This document shows positions 29,398 through 43,925 of a stretch of DNA of 64,000 nucleotides, piece after piece. A model generated the notes under the pieces. The model saw only the letters and a program-made list of their open reading frames with translations. It ran no database searches and was not told the origin of the DNA. Both the position numbers and the translations under genes were made by a program. Location: the NCBI RefSeq assembly GCF_009914755.1, contig NC_060936.1. One strand, given 5' to 3'. Source of the DNA: the human T2T-CHM13v2.0 reference genome, Homo sapiens. The stretch's first letter is position 1; the number at the start of each line of letters is the position of its first letter.

Positions 29398-30649
29398 GTA
29401 AAGGTCAAGATGTAGTTTTCTGGCTTATGCAGCTAAGAGGAAGGTGATATTATCAGCCAAAACAGGGCATATGGGAGCCAGGATACTTAAGACATCAGAG
29501 TGTGTGTGTGTTTGCGGAGCCACTGAGTCATAGCTGCACACAGCAAGCATTTGGTGTCCACCACACTAGAAGATGCGGAGCAGATAGCAGAAATACAGTC
29601 TGTTTTCAAGGAGCACACAGCTTCATCCAGGAGACAATCACTGTAAAATCAGGGCTGTCATGGAGGTGGCGGTCAGGCTGGCCTTGGAGGAAAGAATGCA
29701 TGACCCACCTTGAAAAACATGTGTCCCAGGACAAAGAAGAGGGTCCAAGCAGTAGGGGGATCAGTGCATGTCATGGCACAGAGGTGAGAGGGCAGAAGTG
29801 TCTTCTAAGGAGGGCATGTCTTTGCAGTATGGTGGGAGGCCGGCAGTCCTGTACATAGTTTATGGTTTGGATTAGAAACTACCAAATGAGTGAGAGGCAT
29901 ATGTGGGAACAATATGGCTTTTGGACTCAAATCTCACTTATTCAGTGACCTTGAACAAATTCCTAACTCCTCCATGTAGTCATAACAATAGCTAGTAAGA
30001 GTAGATATGGAGAATTGCAGCTTTCTTTCAACTTGTCACAACTTATCACAAGATCTTCAAATCTACTGACATTTAATACACATCAGTTTTTCAATAGCAG
30101 CAGCATCCTTTATTCGAGAAGTAAAAGATCTTGGCTTATTGTATGAAACTTTTCATCAACTCTCTTCTGGTTATTCCTAAGCATTAATAGCAGAGAGCCA
30201 GAAGGCTCATTTCCTTTTACCTCATCCTATTTTCCCTTGCTGCTTCATTTACTTGATTACTTACTAGCTTTGCCTCTTTGTATTTTGTGGCGTTTCATTT
30301 TAGTGAACAAGAGAAGTAACTTTTACTAATGTATTGTCATTAATACGCCCTCTTTTGTACTCTGCCTTACAATCCTCTGTGAGTGGCTGTTCCATTTCCT
30401 GAATAGCGTGTGCATGTGTGTGTTTGTATTTGTGAGGGTGGTTAAAGTAACAAGTGTTTTATTATTTGGTTTATAAATATTTGGTGAGCCCTTAGTATGC
30501 TTGAGGTTATGATAGAGAAATAAAATATCTAAGACAATATGTCATGGTTGAAGGTGTTGAAAATTTTGTGGTTTAAATACATGGATGAAAAAACTGAAAC
30601 GTTTTATTATGGAAAGCTTCAAATATATAAAAATATAGATAGGATACCC

Positions 30650-30913
30650 AACTGGGTGCAGTGGCTCACACCTCTACTCCCAGTACTTTTGGAGGCTGAG
30701 GTGAGCAAATTGCTTGAGCCCAGGAGTTCAAGACCAGCCTGGGCAACATGGCGAAACCCTGTCTCTACAAAAATAAGCCAGGTGTGGTAGTCCCAGCTAC
30801 TAGGGAGGCTGAGATGGGGGGATTGCTTGAGCCCAGAGAGGTTGAGGCTGCAGTGAGCCATGTTTGCGCCACTGCACTCCAGCCTGGGCGATAAAATGAG
30901 ACTGTTTCAAAAA
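30650..30913 (+). mobile_element. AluJ (internally deleted)
   Basis: Sense dimer with shortened linker. Confidence 0.88.
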
Positions 30914-31152
30914 ATATTTGTATAGATGGATAGAATAGTATAGTGTACCCCTACATACCACCACCCATTTTCAACAATTATCAACTTATGGCTAATCTTG
31001 TTTTATTAATATCTTTACCCTTATTTTATTCTATTTTATTTTAAAGCAAATTCCAAATGTTGTATCATTTTATCCATGAGTATTTTGTAACTTGTCTCTA
31101 AAAAATAAGGACTCAAAAAAGATAAGTATAATAGCATTATTAATAACCTTAG

Positions 31153-31543
<391 letters not shown>

Positions 31544-32195
31544 TTATTTTACAGTTTGAAGCCTCCTCAGGAGGGGCTAAGGTGGGAGGATCACTTAAGC
31601 CCAGGAGTTTGAGGCTAGCCTGGGCAATATAGCCAGACCCCATTTTTAAAAAAAAGTATTGTAACATTAGATATCGCCCCTGCTGCCAACATCCCCTACC
31701 TTTTCTGGTTTCGCCACCTCCCCTGCCCTTGTTTTGCCCTTTCCAAGTGATTCTGAATTAATTTTCTAGGGATGTTAGAGCAGATTGGTGGTGAGAAGGG
31801 CTAATAGATTGGGGAGGAAAAAAACATGTGATGACAGATACAGAGCAGAGAAACAGAAAACAAGGAGGGTTGTATTTAAGAATCTCTAAAATGTTGCACG
31901 CATAAGTACCTATAGTGGTTGAGGTTTAAAGGGAGAGGTTTTTTGAATTAAAACCTGAATGGCTTCTTCGGAGCTGTTATTTTTGGATGTAAAGTAAGAA
32001 GCTGAGGCGTGGGGAGAGGAATTCTGCCCTTATTTACCTTGTCAGCCAATTCCCACCTCATCTGGGCAGGGCTTGTTGTCCCAAGGAGGAAAGACAGGCC
32101 TCAGTGTGTGTGAGTCTAGTGATTGAGTGCGCCTCAGAGCCAGTGGGAGGGCTTGGAAAAACACCGATTGCTGGGCCTGCCTCTGGTGTTTCTGA

Positions 32196-32554
<359 letters not shown>

Positions 32555-33843
32555 TGATGCTGCTGTTCCAAACCACTGAACTAGTACCTGTTTCTCCCTT
32601 TAGATCTGGTTTGGGTTTTGTTTTAAATTAATTTTTATGAGTACATAGTAGGTATGTGCCTTTATGGGGTACATGAGATATTTTGATACAGGCATACATC
32701 ACATAATAATCACATCAGGGTAAATGGGGTATCTATCACCTCAAGCATCTGTCATTTCTTTGTGTTACAGACATTCCAATTCTTTTAGTTATTTATAAAT
32801 GTACAGTAAATTATTGTTGACAGTTGTCACCCTGTTGTGCTAGCAAATATGATGTCTCTGTTTTTAAGATAGTTTCTCTTTGCTGAGATTGTATTGCTGC
32901 ACACATTGGCAATCATTGCGTAATTGATTAACCTTCTGAGACAGCTTCTTGGCAGAAAAAAAATAAAAAAACTAAACTGTTGAGAAAGGTATGAGTAATT
33001 TGTGTGAAAACATATTCTATTTTCATAATGACCACAGAATACTGTGGCGTTCTACCAGCATAGTCGAATGTATGTGAACATTCTCCCTTTCTCTGAAGAT
33101 TCCTTCTTTCAAGTGTCTTAGTCTCAGTGAATTGTATCTATCTTGGGTAAGAAGTTCAGGGTTCTCTTTCAAGCCCAAGCATTTTACCTAAAGAAAGCTG
33201 AGAAAGCTAGGACAAATGTTATTCTCACAAAAATTTAAAAGAAACTTGCTAATTTTCTTATGGCCTTTCTTTTCTTCACAGGAAGACTGGGCAGTGAGCC
33301 TGACCTAAAACATCAGTTAGTCAGCAACCCTGCAAAAAATTATGGTGTCCTGCCAATGCTTTAGCCACCACATCCATGCCCGGAACTTTCCTTGATATTT
33401 TACCCCATTCAAATCTGCTCTAAATGGGTCCTGACCAAACTTGAAATATACCCTGAACATATTTCTGTTGGTTACCCACCCCCCGCCCCGGTTTAGTCTC
33501 TTACTATAATATTTGAATCTTATCCCCAAGAGCTTGCTTATCTAAAACTTTCCTACATTTATTTTTATTAAGCCATTGGAATAGGAAACCAGTAGCCCAA
33601 GAACTCCTGCAAACGGAGCTCATTTCACCGTTTACATCACCCAACAAATAAGAGGCTTCTCCAGTTTGAACTATGACTTTGAACCCCAGCTTCACTCCTT
33701 TGTTGTGGTAGTGATTAATGTATTTCCTGGTACCTTTTTCTTTAGCAAGTCATTCAAAGAAGCATATGTTAGCCACTTAGAATCCAGAAATAAATTTGCT
33801 ATTTTGTGAGAATTATTGGATGGTGAATTTTTTTGTTCTTTAG

Positions 33844-34155
<312 letters not shown>

Positions 34156-34969
34156 TAATTTTCTAAGGGGTTTTGTCCACCCAAAGAACTCAACTATAAC
34201 TAGCAGATTTCCGGGTAAGCAAAGAATGGGAAGAAATGGAGCTGGATATTCTGAGCCTTTTATTTTGGACCATAGGTTCATATAATTGGATTATTCATGA
34301 TCCTTGATTCATGACATATTATCATCATAGTCTTAGATGCAGAGGTCCATGCATGTCCAACTTCATTCATTATTTAGTTCTTTTTTAAAGTGGAATTTTT
34401 ATTTCTAATTTCTAACAACCAACTTCTCTTTCCTAATTTTTCAAATACCAAAGTTTTATTTGGAAAGTGATCCTAGGAAAGACTTAGAGAAATAAAGAAG
34501 AGAACTGATAAATCATGCATTATCAAACAAGTTACCACTCTGAGTAGATCTTAATTGTCTGGATAATTCTGGGAACCAATGTAGATTACATGAATCAGAA
34601 TTTGCTCTTTCTAGGGGGAAAGTGTGCTGGAGTATTTAAAGCTGATAACTTTAAATATTAAAGGGACATTAATTCTCTAGCATTTTCAGACCACCACATC
34701 CAATGGCAGAGGGCTCCCTGAAATCTTGGACAGTTAAAAGTTGGGCTGACATGCATGGAATTACAGAGGGCACCAATTACATCTGCCTCAGTTAGAAGCT
34801 AAACGGTATTATTAATTCATCTGTTTCAAAGGCATTCCCAATTAAATTAGTTCTAAATGAATTTTATGCTTTCAACATTTAGCCAACAATGAGTGGTTCC
34901 TTCCCAGTTAAAATAAAGAACTTAAATGGGATTGACATTGGGATTCTTTATGCCTGACAAGCTTTAAAG

Positions 34970-36600
34970 ACCATTGCATAGTTTGATGAGTTTTGGCAAA
35001 TGTATAAACTTGTGTAACCTATATCTCAATCAAGATACTGACCAGAAATTCCACTGGTGTCTCCTTTCAGTCACTCACCATTTTCTGTAAGTAATTATTG
35101 CTCTACCTTCTATCGTAGGTTACCTGTTCTTGAATTTCATATAAAAGTATCATACAGTACATGGTCCTTTCTGTCTGGCTTCTTTTGCCCAACATAATGT
35201 TGCATGTATTATTTGTTCCATCTCTCTACTGTAGAATAATATTCCATTGTATTAGAATAATATTTCATTATATTAATTATGTGAGGAAGCCCAGGGAATC
35301 TTCCTCTCAGAAATATTTATGAGGACTTAAGAAAGTCTTTTTAGAGACCAGGGGATTTTCTAAAGCTTTTTTATTTAGCCTTTTCATTTTTAAAAATACG
35401 TTGACCTAGCCCTGAAAATTAACATAGCTTTGTCAACACAGATGCCTGATAAATTAGGCTGCCTCTAAAATAGCTCAAACCATGGGCAAGGCAGAATTTT
35501 AATAAATATGGATGGTCTATTCTTAGTACTTCACCACTTCAGGTTGTGTGTTTCTTACTCTTCTGTGTAGTTCTTTAAAACCCATTTGAAATTTATCGAA
35601 ACTGATTCTGTGGCCTTGCATATATCCCTTATCCTGGTGAATATAACGTGTAGACTTGAATGTATATTCTGCATTTGTGTGTTTTGTTCTATAAATTGAA
35701 TTTGATCAAGATGGTTGATAATATTTTCAAATCTTGTGTGTTACTGAGTTTTTTTTCCTACCTTACCTGTCAATTCTAAAGAAGATTGTAAAAGAACAAA
35801 TGATAGGTGGGACAAACAGAAAAGAAATAGCAGGACAATAGACTTAAATCCAACCTTATCAGTAGATTTAAATCCAACCAGGTCAACCAAATCTATATTA
35901 TGTTAAATATAAGTGGATTAAATTTGTCTAATTCTCCCTTAACACCATCAGTTTTTGCTTCATGTATTTGGAAGCTTTGTTATTAGTTGCAAAAACATTT
36001 GTGCTTGTTATGACTTCCTGATGAATTAACACTTATCATTGTAAAATATCTTTCTTTCTAGTCATACTTCCTGATGTGTAGTTTTTAAATAAACCCGCTC
36101 CTGCTTTCCTGTGCTTACATATGTATGTTATCTCATTTTTCATCCTTTTACTATTATATTTCTTTATATTTGAAGTCTCTATTAACAGCACATAATTAGG
36201 ACTTAAAAAACTAATCTGATGATCTCTGGCTCTTATCAGCGTTTACTGCATTTGTACTTAATGTAATTTTAAAAATGTTATTTTAAAAAATTGTTATATT
36301 TCAGTAGCTTTAGGGGTACAAGTGGTTTTCAGTTACATGATGAATTGTATAGCGGAAGTCTGGGATTTTAGTGCTTCTGTCACCTGAATAGTGTACATTG
36401 TACCTATTTTCATCCTCACCTCCCTCTCACTCTTCCTGCTTCTGAGTCTCCGCTGTTATATACCACTTTGTATGCCTTTGCATACCCATGGCTTACTCCA
36501 ACTTACACAACACTTAATACGATTATTTATATGCTTCAGTTTAAGTCTACCACTTTGGCTATTGATTTTTCTTTCTCCTATGTGTCCATTGTTCCTTCAT
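34970..36600 (-). mobile_element. Composite of old, degraded L1 fragments, mostly antisense
   Basis: T-rich L1-like motifs (CTGGCTTCTTTTGCCCAACATAATG; GTTTTTGCTTCATGTATTTGGAAGCTTTGTTATTAG; GGGGTACAAGTGGTTTT). Boundaries approximate. Confidence 0.55.
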
Positions 36601-39057
36601 TACTGCCTTTGGATTTAATAAAATCGTGGCTGAGTCTGCAGGGTTGTAGGAGCCCAGGAATTCAAGACCAGTCAACTGGCAACATAGTGAGACCTTGTCT
36701 CAAAAAACAAACAAAAAGTAAAGGTTCTATGAATTCATATTCTCCACAACACTTGGCTATGTCAATTTTTTTCACTAATTGGTTATAAAACATTATCACA
36801 TTCCTTTATACTCCTCATTTATTACTGATACTAAGCAGCTTTTCATATTTTTATTGGTTGAAAACATTTCTGCCAAATGATTGTTCATATCCTCATGCCT
36901 CCTATTTTTTCATTGATTTCTAGGAATTCTACACTTGGAATACCACTGAACTGGACGATTTTTATTTGACTACTTTTAACTTATTAGAGAAGTCTTTGGC
37001 CTTTGATTCTAATGCCAGTCCCTGGCTACCTGTTTAATTTGCAAAGCCTTCCAAATTGGACCCCCTTATCCTACTCCATTTTTCCCCTTAGCACCTACCA
37101 CCTTCGCCATGTTACATATGTGTTTATTACTTGTATGTACTGTCTTTCCCTGACTAGTACATGTAGGCTGCTACATGATATAGAGATTAAAAGTTAACGT
37201 TTTGAACTTTCATAGCAATTTAACATTGTCATCATATTTTTATTAAATGAAGGGATTCGTCTCCAATGAATTGGAAATTTTTAAAGAACTAGTTCTTCAC
37301 TACTTTGAAAAGCATGGTCTAGATTGTCTCATACCTTCATATAATAGCATTTGAAAGGCTCATTAAATAGAACAGAGAAGAACTCGGTAACTATTGTACC
37401 TATCGGACTTGAACTGTTTATGCTCTACACAAAATATAGTTGCTAACAAAGACGAATATTTTTTTCTAATTTAGTGAGATGATATGTTTTTCTAACATGG
37501 GCATTACTTTGTGTTATTGGTATTCCCATGTTTATAGCTGAGCCTGGTATGTGTCTCTTTGTTTTATATAGACACATATATAAGTGGTTATTAAATATGT
37601 GTCCTGCTTCTTTGGATGGTGCACTGGCTGAGTGTGTGAATAAATTTTTTGGAATGACCTAGGTTCATAACCTAACTTGTTGATTCCTTGTTTCCTGGGT
37701 AACCATAGACACATACCTTGAGTATTTTCATGCTGTAGTATTTCCAGATAAATGGTAGTGATATTTTTCACCTTTGGAAGTGAGTAAAGTTCTGGAAAAT
37801 CCTTAGGTGAAATGACTTTAAATCAAAATAATATTTTACAACAATTATATGGCATTATGTTAGAATGAATGCATAATTGGGAACTCATCCAAGGAGTTGA
37901 TACCGGAACTATAAATATATTTGTGAAAATAAAGTGGTGAGATTTGGCTGCTTGGAAACAGAGGGCAAAGGTTTCTGGGAAACAGCATGCCCTTTATTTC
38001 CCAGGTATTTGCTCTATCACAGTATCTATAACATAGTAAGAGCTTTATTCGGGTCTATTGGGAGAATCTACTGGGTGCTTAGTCTGGTACCTGAAATGCA
38101 TCAATGAATGCTGAAAATCACATTATCTTGACTTTTTCCTGCCAATGACCAAAGTTTTTGCAAGCATTATCTCAATATATCTTTTAACAGATAAACCAAT
38201 GAGTAGATTGTGATGTAATTTCAGGATAAACCCATCTTCAGATAGGATCAGGTAAACAGAAATTATGTATTATAGTGGAAGTTAGACAGACCTAGGTTAG
38301 AAACTGAACTTCGCTATATTTACTTTGCTGTGTTTCCATGCAAAAATCAAACATCTTTTATCCTCATTTATAAAATGGAGATGAATTTACACATTTTATA
38401 GAGCTGTTGACTAAGGATTATGGATAATTTATGTAAATGTGTAGGAAACACTATAGGCACTCAATATGTGATAGCTATGGCTCCACTACAAAATGTTTAG
38501 TATCAGTAGGGGTGTATGTGTGTGTTTGTGTGTGTGTGCACATACATTTAGTATATGTGTTAGTGAATCCTTTTCTTAGACAAATCTTAAGCCCTTGTAC
38601 AGAAAGAAAAAACAAAAACAAACAAAAATAAATGAAATTAAGAGAGCAGAGATCGGGTGGGGCTGGTAAAGGGAGAAAGGAGTCTTGTCTGGCCAGTGCT
38701 TGTCATGGCCCTCAGCAAGCTTCCATGGCCATCCCTGTTGCCCTTTACAGAGTCCTAGAGTTCTAGAGAACAGCATGGAAACCATGCTAGTGGATTTTAA
38801 ACACCTCAAGTGCAAGAATGGAATCTTCTTTATTAACTGATATAGGTATCGCATGTGGTCTTGTGCTACAGTAGGTGATTGGCCACAGCTTGCTACTCCA
38901 CTACTGAAGTTCTTCTTCCATATTTGACTACACAGCAGAGTTATCATTTGAAGGTGAATTAGAAACCCACTAGCAAGCCTATGTCATTTAATGGATGTAA
39001 TGATAACCTTATTTTTTTTCAGATCTGGGTTGGAATTTGCCCCTGACAAATAATAAA

Positions 39058-39121
39058 ATGATGAGTGATGCAAGTGACATGTTGGCTGCAGCGTTGGAGC
39101 AGATGGATGGTATCATAGCAG
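39058..39121 (+). CDS. PPFIBP1: PPFIBP1 coding exon 1 (exon starts 39023 with 35 nt of 5'UTR; ATG at 39058): MMSDASDMLAAALEQMDGIIA(G)
   Basis: Acceptor ttttttttcag|ATCTGG at 39022/39023; donor GCAG|gtgatc at 39121/39122; 64 coding nt, ends phase 1. Confidence 0.95.
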
Positions 39122-39503
39122 GTGATCTGCATCCTGTGAAAGGCAGAATCACAACATTTACTCTCCTCACTTGGCTTTTTCACTACAACTTTCATATTAT
39201 CTTTTCACTTTATTTTCATTTTTTAGCCCTATGCCTTTTGCTTCCCTGTAATTTCATCTTTGTTCCTCTTCTCCATTTTCTGCCAGCATTATTCTCAAAC
39301 ATTATTTTAAAGTATCAAAAATTTCAGTTCCATCCTAGGTTTCTAATCAAGGATAAAGAATCTGCATCTCAGGTGATTCTGGTGTAGGTGGTCTGTGGAC
39401 CATACTTTGAGGGACACTTCTCTACCCAGTGAACATGAATGTTCTGATCTGTTTTCTTGAATTCAAAATTCACTTTCCACCAATGACCAATGACTCCCGT
39501 ATC

Positions 39504-39993
39504 TTTTTTTTTTTTTTTTTTTTGAGATGGAGTCTCTCTCTGTTGCCCAGGCTGGAGTGCAGTGGTACAATCTCAGCTCACTGCAACCTCCGCCTCCTGG
39601 GTTCAAGCAGTTCTCTGCCTCAGCCTCCCAAGTAGCTGGGATTACAGGCACCCACCACCACGCCTGGCTAATTTTTGTATTTTTAGTAGAGACAGGGTTT
39701 CACCATCTTGGCCAGGCTGGTCTTAAACTCCTGACCTCGTGATCCACTCATGTCGGCCTCCCAAAGTGCTGGGATTACAGGCGTGAGCCACCGTACCCGG
39801 CCATATCTTTTTTTTTTTTTTTTTTTTTTTAAGAGAGGAAGTCTTGCTGTGTTTCTCAAGCTGAAGTGTAGTGGCTATTTACAGGCATGATTACCTGTGA
39901 ATAACATGCATAGTGCAGCCTTGAAATGCTGTGCTCAAGCAATCTTCACACCTCAAGTACCTGCGATTACAGGCACACCCCACTGCACTTAGC
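39504..39993 (-). mobile_element. AluS (39504-39802) adjacent to an old Alu monomer (39808-39993)
   Basis: Two antisense Alu units, each with a T tail. Confidence 0.88.
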
Positions 39994-40577
39994 TCGTTCG
40001 CATGTGTTTACCTTCCCAATTCTTTGCTAAGCTTCCAGTTCCTATCTCTAATTTCCAACCAGATATCTGTCCAGAAATGTCCTATGGGCACACCAGTATA
40101 ATCATTTAATGCATTGAGCTCATTATCTTTCCTCAGAATTTACTCTGATAGTCTTCATCTGGGTTCATTTCATAACCCTTCATCCACAGTTTTTCTAAGC
40201 CAGAAATCATTTGGTCCAATATTGGTCCGGAATGGACCAGGTCTAATATTTGTATTTTCTGATCTGCCACTTTCTTATCCATCATCTCCATGAGGCCAGC
40301 ACACCTCACACCAAAGCCCACCAGGCTCTTTTTCTTTCTATACCCCATGATTGGCCTCCTAGTTACGAATTGGACCATGGATATTTACCACTAACTACAT
40401 GGTTTTAATTTTTGCACCATGTAACTCTGACTTGGAGAGATTTATGTGATTGAATTCTCTTTTTTCTGTTTCTTTTGATTGTTCCTTACTGTGACTAGAC
40501 TGGTTTACCGCCTTCGGCTTTGGTATTTTTATCTAACATAAATCCCATTGCTCTCTCTGTGATTTTGTTTAACTTAG

Positions 40578-40783
40578 GTTCTAAGGCTCTGGAATATTCC
40601 AATGGGATTTTTGATTGCCAATCTCCCACCTCTCCATTCATGGGAAGTTTGCGAGCTCTGCACCTTGTGGAAGACCTGCGTGGATTGTTAGAGATGATGG
40701 AAACAGATGAGAAAGAAGGCTTGAGATGCCAGATCCCAGATTCAACAGCAGAAACGCTTGTTGAATGGCTTCAGAGTCAAATG
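40578..40783 (+). CDS. PPFIBP1: PPFIBP1 coding exon 2: (G)SKALEYSNGIFDCQSPTSPFMGSLRALHLVEDLRGLLEMMETDEKEGLRCQIPDSTAETLVEWLQSQM
   Basis: Acceptor aacttag|GTTCT, donor ATG|gtaggg, 206 nt; lies within ORF 40520..40843. Confidence 0.96.
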
Positions 40784-41213
40784 GTAGGGTCTGCCTGTTC
40801 CAAATTCTGTTATAAATCCTTTGTTGCTTATTCCAAAATTTAGAACATAGAATAGCTGATTAGAACAAGAAAAGTTTAGGGCAACACATGTGCTCCGATT
40901 TTATTACTTAAGATATCTTAATTTTCTTTTGACTCTAAGGATAACTTTTTAAAAAGTGCTATTAGTGTACATTTTGTAAATACCAACAACAGGTCACCTG
41001 ATTCTGCCCATAAAAACAGACTGGCTTTTAGATTGTGCCTGAATGACCTACTGTGGCTTAAATCAAATAGTCCTGTAAGGGAAAGAATCTTGCACATGAT
41101 AGATGATTTCTCAGTCATATTGGGTTATTCACCATAAAGGATCCAATAGCAATTCTAAATGGAAAGCATGATGAAAGACTTTCAAAAAGCAACAGGATTT
41201 ACAGCAGTGTTTG

Positions 41214-41235
41214 ACCGGAAGTGCCATCTAGTGGT
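41214..41235 (-). promoter_or_regulatory. Candidate CTCF site (ACCACTAGATGGCAC, minus strand) overlapping an ETS motif (ACCGGAAGTG)
   Basis: Consensus motif matches only; no functional data. Confidence 0.55.
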
Positions 41236-41292
41236 TTATGGCAATCATTTCAGTTCCAGTTCCCGAATTAAATTGTGGAGTTGGGCCTTTAA

Positions 41293-41415
41293 CCCATTTA
41301 TGCGCAGTGTTCCATTATTGGAACGCTAAGCTTGTGGGAGTTATTTATATCCTGCTCAAAGTCATCGCCAAGGTCTCATTTAAAAAAAAAAATCACAACC
41401 TCCAGCATAAATGGG
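41293..41415 (+). mobile_element. MER85 piggyBac-family MITE
   Basis: TTAA TSDs (41289-41292, 41416-41419), terminal inverted repeats CCCATTTATGC/GCATAAATGGG, internal palindrome GTTCCATTATTGGAAC. Confidence 0.9.
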
Positions 41416-42349
41416 TTAATGGTGTTACTCACTGAACAATGAGGCCGCTTTCTAGGCATCCTTCTCAAAAATTGAAGATGTGGCAGAGCTACCCTTTGTC
41501 TGGGCACGGTTGGAAATACCGTGGTTTTGATCTGTGATGAATACATAAAATCTAAAGAATGTCACAAAAACAGATTCAGTGGAGGACAGAGGAAAGGAGA
41601 TATTTTGTGCTTAAAGGATATTCAATTTTCAGTAAGATGCACTCATATGCTTATGAGTTAACTGTGTTGATATAAAAGCTAATAAGAATTGTATGAAAGA
41701 ATCGTGATCTACTTTATGATCTGTGGTAGACATGAAAACCGCTTGCTTTGGGAACCTTAAGAGTACATCCTACAGCTAAAACATTTTCATATGATGTGAC
41801 ACAAATATTAGAGCTCCCAGCCAGTCCTGTGCTGAATACTCTGTGTTCCCACCTGGTTTACCTCTGCGTTTCTGAGTGCAAATAATACAACCCATCCTTT
41901 AGTGGTGGTGCAGCTACACAAACTTGATAATTGGATACATTTTACTTGTTAAAACACATAATGCCTTACTATTATACTTCATACTTGATCTGCAAATTTC
42001 TTCTCCAGAGATTGAAGGGTCCAGGTTTGCTGATTTCTTTGGGGATTGCTTCATGCTCAGCAGTTGGTGTTTCCTGGCATATTCCTTAGTCTATTTCAAT
42101 GTCCTATCTCACCCCTTCTTTACTGCATGTTCTTCTGACCATTTAGCATGCAGTGAAAAAGGAATTTACTATTGTTAGAAGAACGTATTTCTATCCCACA
42201 CCCAGAGGCCACCAATGGCAATAGTAGCCGAAGCGTACCTGTAGTTCAGCTTTTGACATGTGTCTAAAACATGTCCATTAACATGTGCTTAATCTGTTCT
42301 GTGAAAGTATTTTCAGAAATGATAAAAAGTAATGATGGTTACATCTGAA

Positions 42350-42970
42350 TATAAGTTAGATCATGACACTCACTCCTTTTTTCAGAAACTACCAGTGGCA
42401 TCACATCTTACTCAGAGTAAAAACCACAGTGGGCTTACTGTGGGCTGCAAGGCCTCGTAGGATTTGCCCCCCATGACTTTCTGACTTCATCTCTTGTCAC
42501 ACATCTCCTTATTCGCTCCACGCCAAGCACAGTGGCTTTTTCACTGATTCTTAAACATGCCAGGTACACTGGCCTCAGAGCCTTTGCACTGGCTTTTCCA
42601 GGCACTGGCTTTTCACTCTGCCTGGAAAGCTCTTTCGCCAGATATTTGCATGGCTAGCTCCCTCACATTCTCCTGGTGTTTACTCAAAAGTCATGCTCTC
42701 AGTGAGGCCTTGTATCACCACCCTAACTAAAATTATACCCATTTATTCCTTGTCTTACATCTCCCTGCTTATTTTGTTCTTAGCATTCACCATTTTCTTA
42801 TGTGCAATGTGTTTGTGATGTTTATATCATTTATTTTCTGTCTTTCCAATTGGAATGTAAGCATCAGGAATCAGATTTTTGCCCTTATTTTAAAAAAATT
42901 ACTGTATCCCTGGTGCTTAGAAGAATGCCTGGCTCAGTAGTTATATTTGTAATGAATGATGCTCCATGAA
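42350..42970. mobile_element. L2 3' fragment
   Basis: AGATCATGACACTCACTCC...CTCAGAGCCTTTGCACTGG...TGTATCCCTGGTGCTTAGAAGAATGCCTGGC...TGAATGA. Confidence 0.6.
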
Positions 42971-43664
42971 TGATAAAGTGGATTGCATGTTTGAATAAAT
43001 GAAAGTTGTTTTAAATTTATTCTTTGGATGGGTAATGGCTTGTTGATCTGTGTTTTCAGTTGCTTTGTGTCTTATTATTTGACATTTTAACCTTGAGAAT
43101 CCACAAAATGACAGATATTTTACAGAACTAATGAAGATTCGGTTTTTATCCTAAAAGTAACAATAACAAAATAAACTAGATGTAGATCCAGAGAGATAAG
43201 GAACTTTTGTTGCTGTTGCTAAATTTATTTTTATCCATCTAACTTATTTATATGAATTCGTCACCTTGCCCCCAACTTTCCAAATTAAGTGTGTTTTCTC
43301 AAGCACACAGAGAATGACAGGATGAAAGAAGAAAGACAGCAAAAGGCAAAAAACAAAGCAAGAAGAAGAGAGGAGGGCTGGCTGTTTGGAACCACAAAAG
43401 CATAGGTGTGAAATTGAGTTGTCACCACACACCTACCACGATAGACTTTATTTTAGAACCAAAAAGCAACTTGGGCCAGCATTGGGAATCCAACAAGTAG
43501 AAGATTATATACTTATAATTTAGTAATTTGCTGATAATATTAAATTTTTCCAATTTAATATTTCAGAAGTTGGGATGTGTTTTATGATCTTAAAATGGGT
43601 ATATGTATACATTTTAGCTCGGATCCTTCCTCCCTTCCTCTCTCCCTTCTTTCCTTTTTTTATT

Positions 43665-43925
43665 AATAAGGTACTTAGAATAGTCAAATTTTAGAGACAG
43701 AAAGTAGAAGGGTGACTGCCAGGAGCTGAGGGGAGTGGGGAATGGGAAGATAATACTTATTGCACATAGAATTTCAGTTTTGCAAGATGAAAAGAGTTAT
43801 TTAGATGGATGATGGTGATGGCTGCAAAACAATGTAAATGTACTTACTACCACTGAACTGTACACTTTAAAATGGTTAAAATGCTAAATTTTACATATAT
43901 ATTTTACCACAATAAAAAATTAAAA
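43665..43925 (+). mobile_element. L1MB-type 3' end fragment
   Basis: GAGACAGAAAGTAGAAGGGTGACTGCCAGG...CACTGAACTGTACACTTTAAAATGGTTAAAATG...TTTTACCACAATAAAAAA. Confidence 0.75.

Noticed and set aside
39037-39387. 116-aa ORF extending coding exon 1 into a hydrophobic tail
   Set aside because: Simple read-through of the donor into T-rich intron and a MER5-like remnant; nothing else supports it.
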